A DNA stretch of 64,000 nt, taken from NCBI GenBank assembly GCA_976551045.1, contig CDPCPM010000073.1, positions 16,244,001-16,308,000 of the forward strand. The letters are read 5' to 3'. This document shows positions 29,301 through 41,300 of this stretch, in pieces. The position numbers and the translations under genes are program-made. Numbering within the stretch: position 1 is the stretch's first letter; every line of letters begins with the position of its first letter. Origin of the DNA: Glaucostegus cemiculus. Lineage: Eukaryota. The notes beneath the pieces were generated by a model. It saw only the letters and a list, made by a program, of their open reading frames with translations, was not told the origin of the DNA and made no database searches.

Positions 29301-32300
29301 AACGTTGACCGCAGCTTTTCTCCACAGATGCTGCCTGGCCTGCTGAGTTCCTCCAGCATCATCGTGTTTTTCATCTAGATTCGGGCATCTGCAGTCCTTT
29401 GTTTCTCTAGCTGCCTGCATGAAGTTTGCTTGTTCTCCCTGTGACCTCATGGGTTGCCTCTGGATGCTCTGACTTCCTTCCGCGCTCCAAAGACATGCAG
29501 CAGGTTGGTAGTTGGCCACTGTCAGTTGCCGCTAGCGTGTGGGTGAGTGGTAGAATCTGGGAGGAGTTGATGGGAATGTGAAGGGAATACCACGTGAGCA
29601 ACGTAAATGGGTGCTTAATGATCAGCACTGACTCAGTGTGTCGAAGAGCCAGGTTCTGTGCTGTGTGACTCCAAGTGAAGGAGTGCATGGACCACAGACA
29701 CTGATTCCAGGCAGCACGATCTAGTCCATTGTGTTTTGCAAACCTGGAATTTAATATCTTGTGCATGTTTTAATCACCATTCTGCCACATAGAATTCCCT
29801 TGTGCTTTGCTGTAATTCAGCACATTTAAACTGTGCGGTTAAAAGTTACTCCCATCATCCACCATTGCAGGTGGTTCCCCAGATATTTCCCTCTTCACCT
29901 TGAGTGCTGCAGTCCTTCGTTGCTCAGTTAGCAGCATGCCGATTTCCTCCCGCGCCACGGTAACCTCCAGCGGTTCAGTCACATCCGGCTCATCCGCTAG
30001 TCTGGCTTCCCACTCCTCCCCGTCATGTTCCTTGTCAGGTCTCCCACTCCATTTCTCTTCCCACCATTTTCCAGAACGGTTTGCTTTCTCCCTTTCCCAG
30101 CTAAAGAAAGCACAAAATTGATTAGCTTCTATAGGTATTCCTTGATTTACCTAGAATGTGTCTCAGTGATTATAATGTTGTTAATCAAAAAGGCTGGGCA
30201 GAATGCTTTATGGGCATCTTGGTACAATATATTCCTGTGGACAGAGAGTGGGACACTATTTGTTTTAGTGAAAAATAAACGTATAAATTAAAGACACAAG
30301 CTCCAAGAATCAATGACATTTTAGTGAAAATTTGTAAATCACACATTTGTAAGTTGCGGATTACTTGTATTGAAATAAATTACCTGTGAAAGCAGGTCAC
30401 CTTTAGCCAACCATGGCCTGGGAATTCAGTCATGCAGAAAACAATTTTTTAACCTCCTAAATGATTGAATTGTAATACAAATGTGATTGGACCTTTTGGT
30501 GAGAACAATCAATAATCACACACTCCCATGCACAGAATGTGTGCAAAAACAAACTGTGTGGAGCACACAGTGCTGACATCAATCCAAGTCATGCCTACAC
30601 TGCGAAACTAATTCACGTATCTTCCTTAGTGTGAGCCATGCAGGGGTAGGCAGGTCTGATGAACCCTGCACCTGTACACTTCCAATAACTTGCAGGTTTG
30701 CTAGTGATTAAATAGGAGGAGGGCTCATTGCATTATAAAGAGCTGAGGGCCAGAGTTACAGGTCCTAGTGTGAGTTTGGCTGAGTGCTGTGTTTGGCTTT
30801 TCTTGCTGCAAACTTGGAACCTTTATCAGGGGTTCCACTGAAATTCCAGTCTGATCAGAAACTGGAGGTGAAGGAGCAAAGGGAAAGTTGCCTTTACAGA
30901 AATGGCTGAAGGGGGAGAGGCAGAAGGCTGTAGCCTGGGGGCAGGGAAGAGGAAGGGGTAGTGAACAGGGCCACATCTTTACCCCCATCTGTCTGAGGTT
31001 TGGTAAGTCACTAATGAAAGGGATTAATAACCTCCTACACGCAGACATCAAAATGTTCACCCGTGCCTTTAGAGATGAAGGTACCTGACACCTTGAATTT
31101 CACATTCCAGATGGCTGGAGCACAATTTGCAGTCACGGATGCTCCCCATTCACGAACAGGGGAATTTACAAACAGTACGCTGGAACAGAGGGACATGAGA
31201 GTATGTGTGCACTAATCCTTGAAAATGGAAGGACATATTGTAAAAAGCATAGGGAACCTGGTGCTCATAAATAGAAGTATAGAGAACAAAAGCAGGGAAG
31301 TTAGGTATGGAGTATTGCTTTCAACTTTGGTTGCCAGTAAGGATGTAAAGATCCAAGAGACATTACAGTAAAGATTTACTAGAAAGGTTCTAGAGGTCAG
31401 GGACTAAAGCTACAAGGAAAGCCTAGGGAGGTTGGGATTGTTGTCCTTGCAATAATGAAAGTTGAGAGAAGGCTTAATAGAGGTGTACAAAAGGTAAAGA
31501 AGAGATGGGGCTGCTTGTGATGGTTTAAGGATTAGGGAACATAAATTAAACATTTTCGGCACAAGACACATGGAGCACATGAGGAAAAGCTCTTGCTCAG
31601 ACAGCAGTCATGATCTGGCCTTCACTCTCTGCGGGCACCCATGTGAAACTTCTGAATTTTCATTCTAATCCAATACTAACGTGATCCTTGCAGTGTGCAC
31701 TGTTTTTCAGCTGAATCACTCCACAAAGGGAATCCTCACAGAGACATGGTTCCTATGCTGGCATTCCTCTGTTACTGCTCATCTCAGTATCACCTCTTGC
31801 ACAGAAACAAGCAAGTCAGAAAAAAACAAACAAACAATGTTGAACATTGTCAAACCACCAATCATCCAAAGCCACTCAATCGTTGATGAAACATCCAAAT
31901 GCATCTCTTCAGTGCCTCCCTTTCATGTGCCTCTGTCTGCCCTATCATTTCATCCCTGTGTTTTCTCCACAGAGGAAAGGTATTTCTCTGGAGCTGAGTC
32001 CATAAAGGCAGAAACAAGTAACTCTGGGTACATGCTGACCAGCTTCAGCATGCACCACGGACAGTAACGAGCTGGGCAATGACAGTCTGGCAACAGCAAG
32101 GGCAGTATTCGGAGTACATAAATACTGTCTCCCTGAGAAAGGGTGCTGCCTTTGTACTCCACAGAGGCAAGGGCAGGCATGATTTGACCAAGCAATCTGC
32201 TGTCGGGCAGATCGCTCTCCTTTGAACACTAGAGTCAAGAATTGTGATTATAGCAGTCTGAACTATCATGGCAACTGTCAAAGTTTCCAATGCACAACTC

Positions 32301-35300
32301 TTATTAGGACAGTCTCTGCCTCCCCTACAATGGAAGCTATGATCTCTGCCATCAGATATAACCCCGTGGTCAGATCTCCCATTGGCTAAAGGGAGCTGCC
32401 CACCACTTCCATGCTGGACAACAATGGGCTCCAAGGCTTCTCATAAAGCTCTTTGCAATGTTGGAGCCAGACTGTCCCACATTCAGAGGCATCTCATGTG
32501 GGCAAACTGGCAAAGCCCCAACAATCACTCAATGCACACATCACTGTCGTCCTCCCCTGACCTCTGGAACAAGACCACCTGTGATTTCACCCTATAGTGA
32601 GTTGCCACAAGCTACCCATTCCCCTAGCCAGCTGCAGTTCACTTGCATCTTGTGAAGCAGATCAAGCAAACGTCACCCACTGATCTCTCTGGCCACCTCC
32701 TGCCATTAGCACTCCAGCACTCGACTGCTTCCTATGTCCCTTAGTGTGCAAGATCTCTGTTCCAGTGTCCATCAGAATGTCAAGGTTAGTATCAATGAAA
32801 CAGGATACCCACTCCTGTGTGTCCGTGCTGCTCAAGGTACCCCAAGCCACATAATGACATCAGCTATACTTGGATTCTGTGGACACCTTCTTATTAATCG
32901 ATGTAAACTCAATGCCAACCAGCACTGGTTAGATTTAGCAGGAAAAAGGCCCTTCAGAATTACTTCCACCTGACATGCACAAATGGAGACCACATTGTGA
33001 TTGACATCTTCCAATCATTCAAGTCCTTGCATGAAGTGTGTGCACAAAAATTTTATCAGAACAGCACTAGGACAAGGGTACAGGAGCCCACAGATACATA
33101 GCACCATTTTAGCATGTGTTTTTGTGCACAGATTAATTTCTAATCAATGCAGCCTGGATGAAAAACAAAACCAAGTTCCTTTTTTAAAATATATTCCAAT
33201 CCTCTCTGTATTCTGCATCAATTTGGTTAATTATACTCAAATTCAGTTACCTTCAATTAGCACAGATTACAGTGCTCAATGAATATTCAACAGAAATTGA
33301 ATTGCATGAGGTCAATGTCTGTTGGTAACACCAGCTGTCAGGGTCCTGTGCCAATATAGATTTTGGATATTGGAATGATTTTTACGATGCATTTGGTCAT
33401 CATTATCATTGCTATTTTCATTACAAAAATATATGCAATAATATTTTGCACAGCAATAATACAGGAAAAGCTGCTCTCCTTCTGAAATATCAGAAGCCTA
33501 TTAAATAGAGGGCCACAATTACAATTTACATCTGCAATAAAATGGGAATCAATGGGAGCAATCAAAGGACACAGTCCTGTCAACAACAAACATAATGACT
33601 ATGATGTATCCATACACTTCTGCATTTACCTCCCCTGTAGGGCATATCGATTTCATATTCTGGAAGCCACATAAGATTGCAATGAGGAATGTATTTCATA
33701 GATAACAGCAAAGATGACGATGCAGAGAGCAGTAATAGTTAATAAAGCTATAATGGGCCCTCATGTCAGATTCAGCTTTTATAGACTAGGGAAGACCTGT
33801 GTGTCTTGTCAGCCTGTGACAATATTCTAAGTATCCTTCAGGAAAAATATTTTCATTAATTATAAAGCAATTCTGAAATCTGCAAAGACTGCTGATGCTC
33901 CCAATTCACCTGCCTGCATTGCATGGCAGATGCAGAACACAAAAAAACTGCACAAAATCAACTAAGCTGCTCATGTGTTAGATCACATCACAACAATAGG
34001 CTATTAAGCCTTTGAATTTATTCTTAGAATAAGGCAGGGTCAACATCCTATCACCAGTGTGTTTTAGCTTCATCTCTCTTCATGCCCTTGTTTAATTTTT
34101 AAAAAATCAATTGAGCTAAACTCAAAATCTTTTTGGTAAAGACTTAAAAAATGTGAGTTCTTTATGTGTGAAGAAGTGCCTCCTGCCCACAGTTCTACAT
34201 AGCGTATTTCTAATCATATGGATATAAGCATGGCTCAAGGGTCAAAACTGTGTTTTTGAAACAACCATTGGAAAAGTGCAACTTTGATGGTGTTTCTTTA
34301 CCCCCTGAAACCCCAACAAGCAAGTAGGCCTCCATGCTCTTAAAGCATGCACACTCCCCCCCCCACCCCACATATTATAGTGGCACATAGACAGGTACAC
34401 TAGTTTACATCAAAATGCTCTTTCAGAAAAGAATCCCAGTCATTTGAGATCATTGTAAAAGTTACAAAATGATGATCTTCTTCTGGTACACAAACACATG
34501 CTACATAGCGCCAACATTTACTCTGATCTTGACATGGAAAGGATCCCAAGGTTAGACACTCCCCAGTTCTGTAGGGTTGTGGCCTGGGCCAGGGATCAGG
34601 GTTAGTCCAAGACAGGCAATGTCTCAGTGGATGGCTGAATCAAAAAGCATCACATCTTTAAAAGGGAAAGCTGGATAAATGGTTAAAGAAAGTACAGGCA
34701 AAGCTGGCAAAAGGTTGGCTCAATCTTTGGAAATTGCAGCTTCGCTTCACTGTAAACCTCTATAAGACTTTAAATGAGATCCCTCCTGCACCACTACAAA
34801 CTAAGGGAAGTTCTCCTGATATCACCAATTTCTATTCTACAAGTCTTATTTTATCCCCACAGAAACTTTTACATTATGATCAGAGTATTCCTGAACACAA
34901 GTCTGCTAGTTTGCTTCATTGTAATTGAATCTTCAAAGTCAATTTCAAACAATGCATGGTGTATCACACATATCTATTGGTTCAGTTGGCTGCATAATTC
35001 TATTGTAGCAGCTGCTACTGCGATGTGAGAATAAAGACACCAGTCTGCAAGCTGTGGAACAAGACCGATTTATTTACCCGCCTTGCGCGGGCCTTTTAAG
35101 CGGCGCAGTTCCCGCCCTCCGAAAACGGAAATGATGTACGCGCTACGTCATCAAAACTTGTCGCGCGCGCGGGTTCTCCCCCGTTGCTCAGGGAAGGTGA
35201 AGGCCCAGCGCCATCTTGGGCCTCGCCGCTCTGACGACACATGCCCTGACCGCTGAGCCGGTTCGCCTGCACGCACAGTGAGTCGCCACACAACTCCCCC

Positions 35301-38300
35301 ACCTCCCCCCCCCAGAACCGGCGATATGGTCCCCAAAGTTCGCGGGCTGTGCTAGCCATTGCTTGGGTGGTCAGCCTCTGCATCGCAGTGTTGGGACCTC
35401 GACCGGTTGTTGTAGGTCTAAATTGGCTGGTTTGAGGCGGTCCGTCGTGAAGACTTTTCCCGTGCCCCCAGTGTCCAAAATAAAGGTGGACCCATTATTC
35501 CTGACGACCCGGAACGGCCCCTCGTATGGTCCTTGCAACGGTGCCCGTGGTGTGCCCCTGCGAACGAAAACAAACTTAGTCTCAGAGTTCCTTGGGCACA
35601 CAGGATCGGAACTGCCCATGTCGTGAAGTGGGAATCGGTGCCAAGCTGCCGAGCCTCTCACACAGTCTTCCCAGGACTGCTGCGGGTTATTCCTCTTGCC
35701 CCCTAAGTGCGGGTATGAACTCCCCTGGGACAACCAGGGATGCACCGTACATGAGTTCAGCTGATGAAGCGTGGAGATCCTCCTTGGGGGCAGTGCGTAT
35801 GCCGAGCAGGACCCAAGGAAGTTTGTCGACCCAGTTAGGACCTTGCAGGCGGGCCATCAGGGCTGATTTCAGATGGCGGTGGAAACGTTCTACCAACCCG
35901 TTTGACTGAGGGTGGTAGGCTGTGGTGGTGTGCAGCTGTGTTCCCACCATGTTCATTAATGCAGACCACAGGCTGGAGGTAAACTGGGCGCCTCTGTCTG
36001 AAGTGATGTGGGCCAGAACACCAAACCACAAGACCTAAGTTGTGAGCACTGCCCGGGTGCAGGAATCGGTCATGATGTCTGAGAGAGGGGTTGCCTTCTG
36101 CCACCTTGTGAAACTGTCCACGATGGTAAGAAGGTACCGCGCTCCTCTTGAAACAGGCAGGGGACCAACAAGGTTGAGGTGAATGTGGTTGAGCCTTCTA
36201 TGGGTAGGCTCGACCGCGGTGTTGGATGCGTCCACCGTGAGGGCGGTTGGGACGCCTGTCCTGGGGTGTACCAGCATCGCAGCATCTGCCAGGGTTTCTT
36301 TGGCCTTAATGAAGGCAGCCACGGCCTCGTTGTTCCAGGCGATGTCCTTGACCTCGTCAGACATCAGCGAGAACAAAGGGCGCATGCTACAGGCTGCTGC
36401 AGGGATGAAATGATGGTAAAAGTTGACCATCCCATCAAACTCCTGCAGGCCTTTGACTGTGTTGGGATGGGCAAAATGGCAGGTAGCGTCTACCTTGGCG
36501 GGTAGGGGTGTTGCTCCCTCACTGGTGATTCCGTGGCCCAGAAAATCGATAGAGTCGAGGCCTAAATGGCACTTGGCCGGGTTGATAGAGAGGCCGAAAT
36601 CACTGAGGCAGGACTACAGTCGGCAGAGGTGGGAAAGGTGTTCTTTGCGGTTATGGCTGGCGATGAGAATGTCATCTAAATAAATGAATACAAAGTCCAG
36701 GTCACGGCCTACTGCATCCATCAGCCGCCGAAAGGTCTGCACGGCATTCTTAAGGCTGAACAGCATTCGAAGGAATTCGAAGAGGCCAAATGGAGTGATG
36801 AGCACAGTTTTGGGGACGTCGTCAGGGTGGACCGGGATTTCACAGTATCCCCGGACAAGGTCCACCTTGGAGAAGATGTGGGCCCCCTGTAGGTTTGCCA
36901 CAAAGAAGGACGCAGGATAGCGGTCTGGGGTGGTGGCATCGTTCAGCCTGCGGTAGTTGCCAGCACCTTGTTCCTCAGGGCCGATGGAGATCTGTCCCCC
37001 AGGCCATTGAGATGAAGCAGGCGGGCAGCGTGCTCATTACGGGAGAGGCCGAAGGTCCGAATGAGGAGGGTCTTGAAAGCCGGTACTTATCTTACTCTGG
37101 AGGAGACTGGATGAAGTCTCCGACCTGGGCGGCTGTCTCCTGGTCCAGGGAGCTGACCACGTGGTAGTACCGTATGGAGTCGGAGATGTTCTGCCACAGT
37201 TGGAACTGGCCTTTGGCCTGGTCGAACCACACGCGGGGCCGAAGTGTCCAAAAGGTGGGCAGCTTGAGTGCCACTGCATTGGCTGCTGCGTTGTCGGTCA
37301 GTGTGTGGGTCCAAAATCTGTTTGGACTGTAGGGGTCACCAACGTAGCAGCTGCTACCACGATGCGAGAATAAAGACACGAGTCTGCAAGCTGTGGAACA
37401 AGACTGATTGATTTACCTGCCTTGCATGGGCCTTTTAAGCCGCCCCCTGAAAACGAAAATGACGTACGTGCTACGTCATCAAAGCTTATCGCGCGCGCGG
37501 GTTCTCCCCCGTCGCTCGGGGAAGACAAAGGCCCAGCGCCATCTTGGGCCTCGCCGCTCTGACCACGCACGCCCCAACCGCCGAGCCGGTTCACCTGCGC
37601 GGACAGTGAGTCACCACAGTATGATATATATTGCAAATAGTAAACTATACTTCCAACACAAATCTGTATGAAATCAAAACATTGTTAAATACCTTTGTTG
37701 GTTAATTTAAAGATTAATCTTGAACAGGATTTCATACAAGTTCTGTACATTATTTTATGACTTTTTAGGGAAATTTTTTTTTCTATTTTGGTGTCATTTT
37801 TTAATTAGAATGGTTTGAGTTTGCATTTAGTTAGCCTATTTAGAAAAGAGTATTGAGGTATTTTCTAGTTACGGTTGTTCCTGAGCAGACAATGGGTGTT
37901 GCTGTGGGGCTCTTGGTATGATGTTAGAGCAAGTGGGAGGTGGACAGAGGTTGGTGTTAAGGGGGTGAGGGAGAGATGTAGCAACAAAGGGTTTAGCAAC
38001 GAGCTTCAGAGTGTGTCAGGAAGACACTGAAGGTTCTGCCCACAAGGGAGGAGCAAGAAGAGAGGCACTTGGCAGATCACAGGGCAAATGTAAGGAGAAG
38101 CAAGGCAATTGCTCCACACACAAACAGCAAGATTTAACTTTAAAATGCAAGAAAATTGGATGACAGGCACCAACTAATACCCTATAAATTCCAAATATTC
38201 ATAGACAAAAGGACTTGTTTTCTGTTCTGCGTGTGACCTTCAGACAAAGAATGCAAATAATTTTTAGCTCTTTCTGGGGTAGAAATTCATCCTGGACAGT

Positions 38301-41300
38301 AAGGCAAAACAAGTAACATAGCTTGACTTGGCCATGAAACACCATCAGATTATCACTGTATTGAAGCCAAGCAAGATTACAGGCAACCAATTTTATAACA
38401 TCAATTTAGAAACAGAACCCAAAATAAATTTTTACCATTTTCTGTAAATATGTCATGTTGAAGGTAATGGACATCGTGGAACTAATGTTCCACTTGATTT
38501 GCAGGTAAAATGTTATTTCCTGCAAAATACAGATTCAGTGTTAGAACTGAAATAATCAGGAAAGCAACAGCCACAATGTTTGAATAGAGGCAGAAACAGC
38601 ATTCTTGAAAAAGACTGTGTAATCATAATCAGCAATACACTGTGGGTTGAGGTTTCTACTGCTGTGACTTCAACTGCCTTCCTGCTAAATAGGTTGCCCA
38701 CGCAGCTCATCGAATACTTCCACTGCAGGGGAATAATGCACTTTCAATTCATCTTCCATATTGACAGCAAAATTATCCCAATCAGCAGGCACAGCTTTCT
38801 GTGGGTTTGAAACACAGCTGAGCTTTTGACTGGAAGTTAGTCATCGTCACAGATTGTTCTCACAGCCCTAATGTCACTCAGACATAAAATGAAACTCAAG
38901 AGAATGAAAGCTCCATCATGGACTTTGTGTGAAGTCTGTATGGTTTAGAAGAGCTTTAAAGCTGTTTAATGATGATAAGCTGGAGTATGGGACTCCATGC
39001 AGCAAACACAGCAGACAATATAAAGGATTTGAACACTCAGCAGCTGACATTTTGTATAGCTTGGAAAGAAGAAGTAGAGAAGGCAGCAGCTACAAGTGCC
39101 TTTTTTTGAAGGGTCATCCCACAGTTTCTGCTATCAAAGACAACAGAGATAAAAGGTGCAGTCAGTGTTGTTAATCAAAAGTTTAAAAGATATTGACAGA
39201 AGACAGATATGTGGAGTTAATCATCAATCAGCAAAGATCTTATTGATTAGTGCAACAGGCTCCCACAACCAAATAGCCTAATGATATTTAGTGTTTTATA
39301 TTCCAGTGGGTCTCCCAGCCAATAGGAAAATCAGCAGTGGGATAGGAATAATTTAACTTGGTGATGTCATATACTAATCATACAAGATAAATTATTATTT
39401 ATAGATAAATCATTATTTCTTAATGTGCTATGAAATTAAAACTATTGGCACAGTTTAAGCCTTTATGATATTATTAAGATGTCAGTGGAACTCACTCAGC
39501 TATGGTTAGCAAATGTCTGGAGGTGTCAATGTGAAGCTCCATGTTGGTATTTTCAAGCTCCATGAGGTTGTGACGGATCTCCATTTGTTGTCTAAAAGCA
39601 ACTGTCAATTGATCCCTCAGTCTGCCCATTTCCCCTCGCTTGTATTCCACTGAGTGCTGCTGGACTTCAGCTGAAAGCACATCACAAAATTAGTTATAAG
39701 TAAAACTATTTCCCTCTTTGCAGTTTTTCCAGGTTCTGTTCTTTATGTTCCATTGAATACTTTCCCCAGTTCTTTTCAACTCCATTACTTTTTCATTTGT
39801 GAGAATTGTCAGATGAGGTGAAAATCTCCCAGACCTACACAACTCCAGTGACCCTGATACGATGCTGTCTGTGTGGAGTTTGTACATCCTCACTGTGACC
39901 CATAGTTTTCCCAGGGTGCTCTGGTTTCCTCCACATACCAAAGATGTGTTGGCTGGTAGGTTAATTGGCCATTGTAAATTTCCCCTTGTTTAAGTAGGGG
40001 GCCAGAAGGTGTGCATCCCAGAATTTCATTAAATAACATAGCAGCATCAATCCCAGATTTCAATACTGAGCAGCAGTCAATTTTCAGCATTTTGGCACCG
40101 GTGTAAACCAAAAACCCTGGGCCAGAATAATCTGAAGAACTGCTCATGGGCAACCTTGCATTGTTGTTTCTCTCAGCAGAGGTTCAACAAGGAAAACTGC
40201 TTTCCAGATTTTTCCAAAGAATTTATGTACTCATAATAATGAGGCTTCCCAGCATTGGGTAATAAAGCAATTTTCCACAATGTGTATTGAGTGCACAGTG
40301 AGCATTCTCCGGTTCCCTATAGGGATCAGATGTTATTTAGAATTCTTTCCATATTACCCCTACAGTTCATCACAGAAAACGACTACTAGCTTTTGCACAG
40401 GCCACCATTCAGTAAGATTGCCAGTTTAGGGTTGACTTGTTAAGAGGTGCCTCATTTCCTGGTCTATTCTCACAATGAAAAGTGGGGCCAGACCACTTGA
40501 ACTTATTCCATGTCAACCCAGAGGTTCTTTTAGGTATCCAAGGATTTAAACCCAAGGACTGGGGGAGAATAACACATAGGAAAGGCATGGAAAAAGAGTA
40601 AGTCTAAATGTCCCTATCAAATAGAAAGATGCAGAAGTAGATATACCCTGCTGTTATTAGTTAAAAGAAGAATTTACATAAACTTGTTAGTGCAATCTGC
40701 ATGTTAACATTTTTAAATCATCTGCTGCCACTGAATATTGCCAAACATTTAGCTTGGAAAATTATGCAGGCTGAATCTGTCAGAACCTAATATGATTTTA
40801 GTACAATACTTATCTGAGCAGCCTAGAACCAATCACTGACATAATATGGGAACTGACTGATTCTTTCTGTAAATACTGAAAGTGGCTGTAATGCTCTCGC
40901 CTCAGATGGCAAGCATCATTAGGATTGAGTTGATAACTATGATTTGTCTGATACTTAAGCCAAGGATGCCCACATAATTGTAGAGCACTGCAGATCACTG
41001 CTCAGCCAACCTGACTCACAGCAGAATTTGGCCCATTGCACCTATGCTGAATCATTGAAAGAATGATCCAAATTGATCAAACTCTCCTGATCTTCCCCTG
41101 TATATCACTGCACCCTAGTCACTAGATGATTCGAATAAGGCAAAGCTACTAAAAAGCCCTGGTTACCTCACATTTCAATTAATTTCTATGGGTCTGAACT
41201 CCACATGAGAGAAAGGATATCTTGGACTTGGAAAGATTTTATTGTAGCATTACCAGAATATTACCAGGGTTCCAACAGATAAATTAAAAGGAGAAATTAC

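Larger units (their letters stand above)
28650..29409 (-). mobile_element. Penelope-like element, 5'-truncated, with inverted pseudo-LTRs
   Basis: Minus 29156-28980 encodes the GIY-YIG C-terminus [54 protein letters not shown]. 28650-28745 is the reverse complement of 29272-29370. Confidence 0.85.
28566..29672 (+). mobile_element. Older V-SINE split by a Penelope-like insertion (head 28566-28649, remainder 29410-29672)
   Basis: Head ends ...gttgtctgta and resumes gctgcctgcatgaagtttgcttgttctcc...; the remainder matches 15460-15710. Confidence 0.82.
35004..37618 (-). mobile_element. Ty3/Gypsy LTR retrotransposon, internally deleted (about 2.6 kb), both LTRs present
   Basis: Direct LTRs at 37343-37618 and 35004-35290. 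Gag KLPTFW..PRVWF.Q...QF; [29 protein letters not shown]; RNase H DAS; integrase [39 protein letters not shown]. Domain order RT-RH-IN. Flanks ctat/gtat form a 4-bp TSD with 1 mismatch. Confidence 0.95.

Noticed and set aside
30636-30680. CTGATGA at 30656 within short inverted repeats as another hammerhead
   Set aside because: No stem II followed by GAAA.
35096-35383. ORFs overlapping the LTRs (also 37298-37671)
   Set aside because: Chance open frames in GC-rich LTR sequence.
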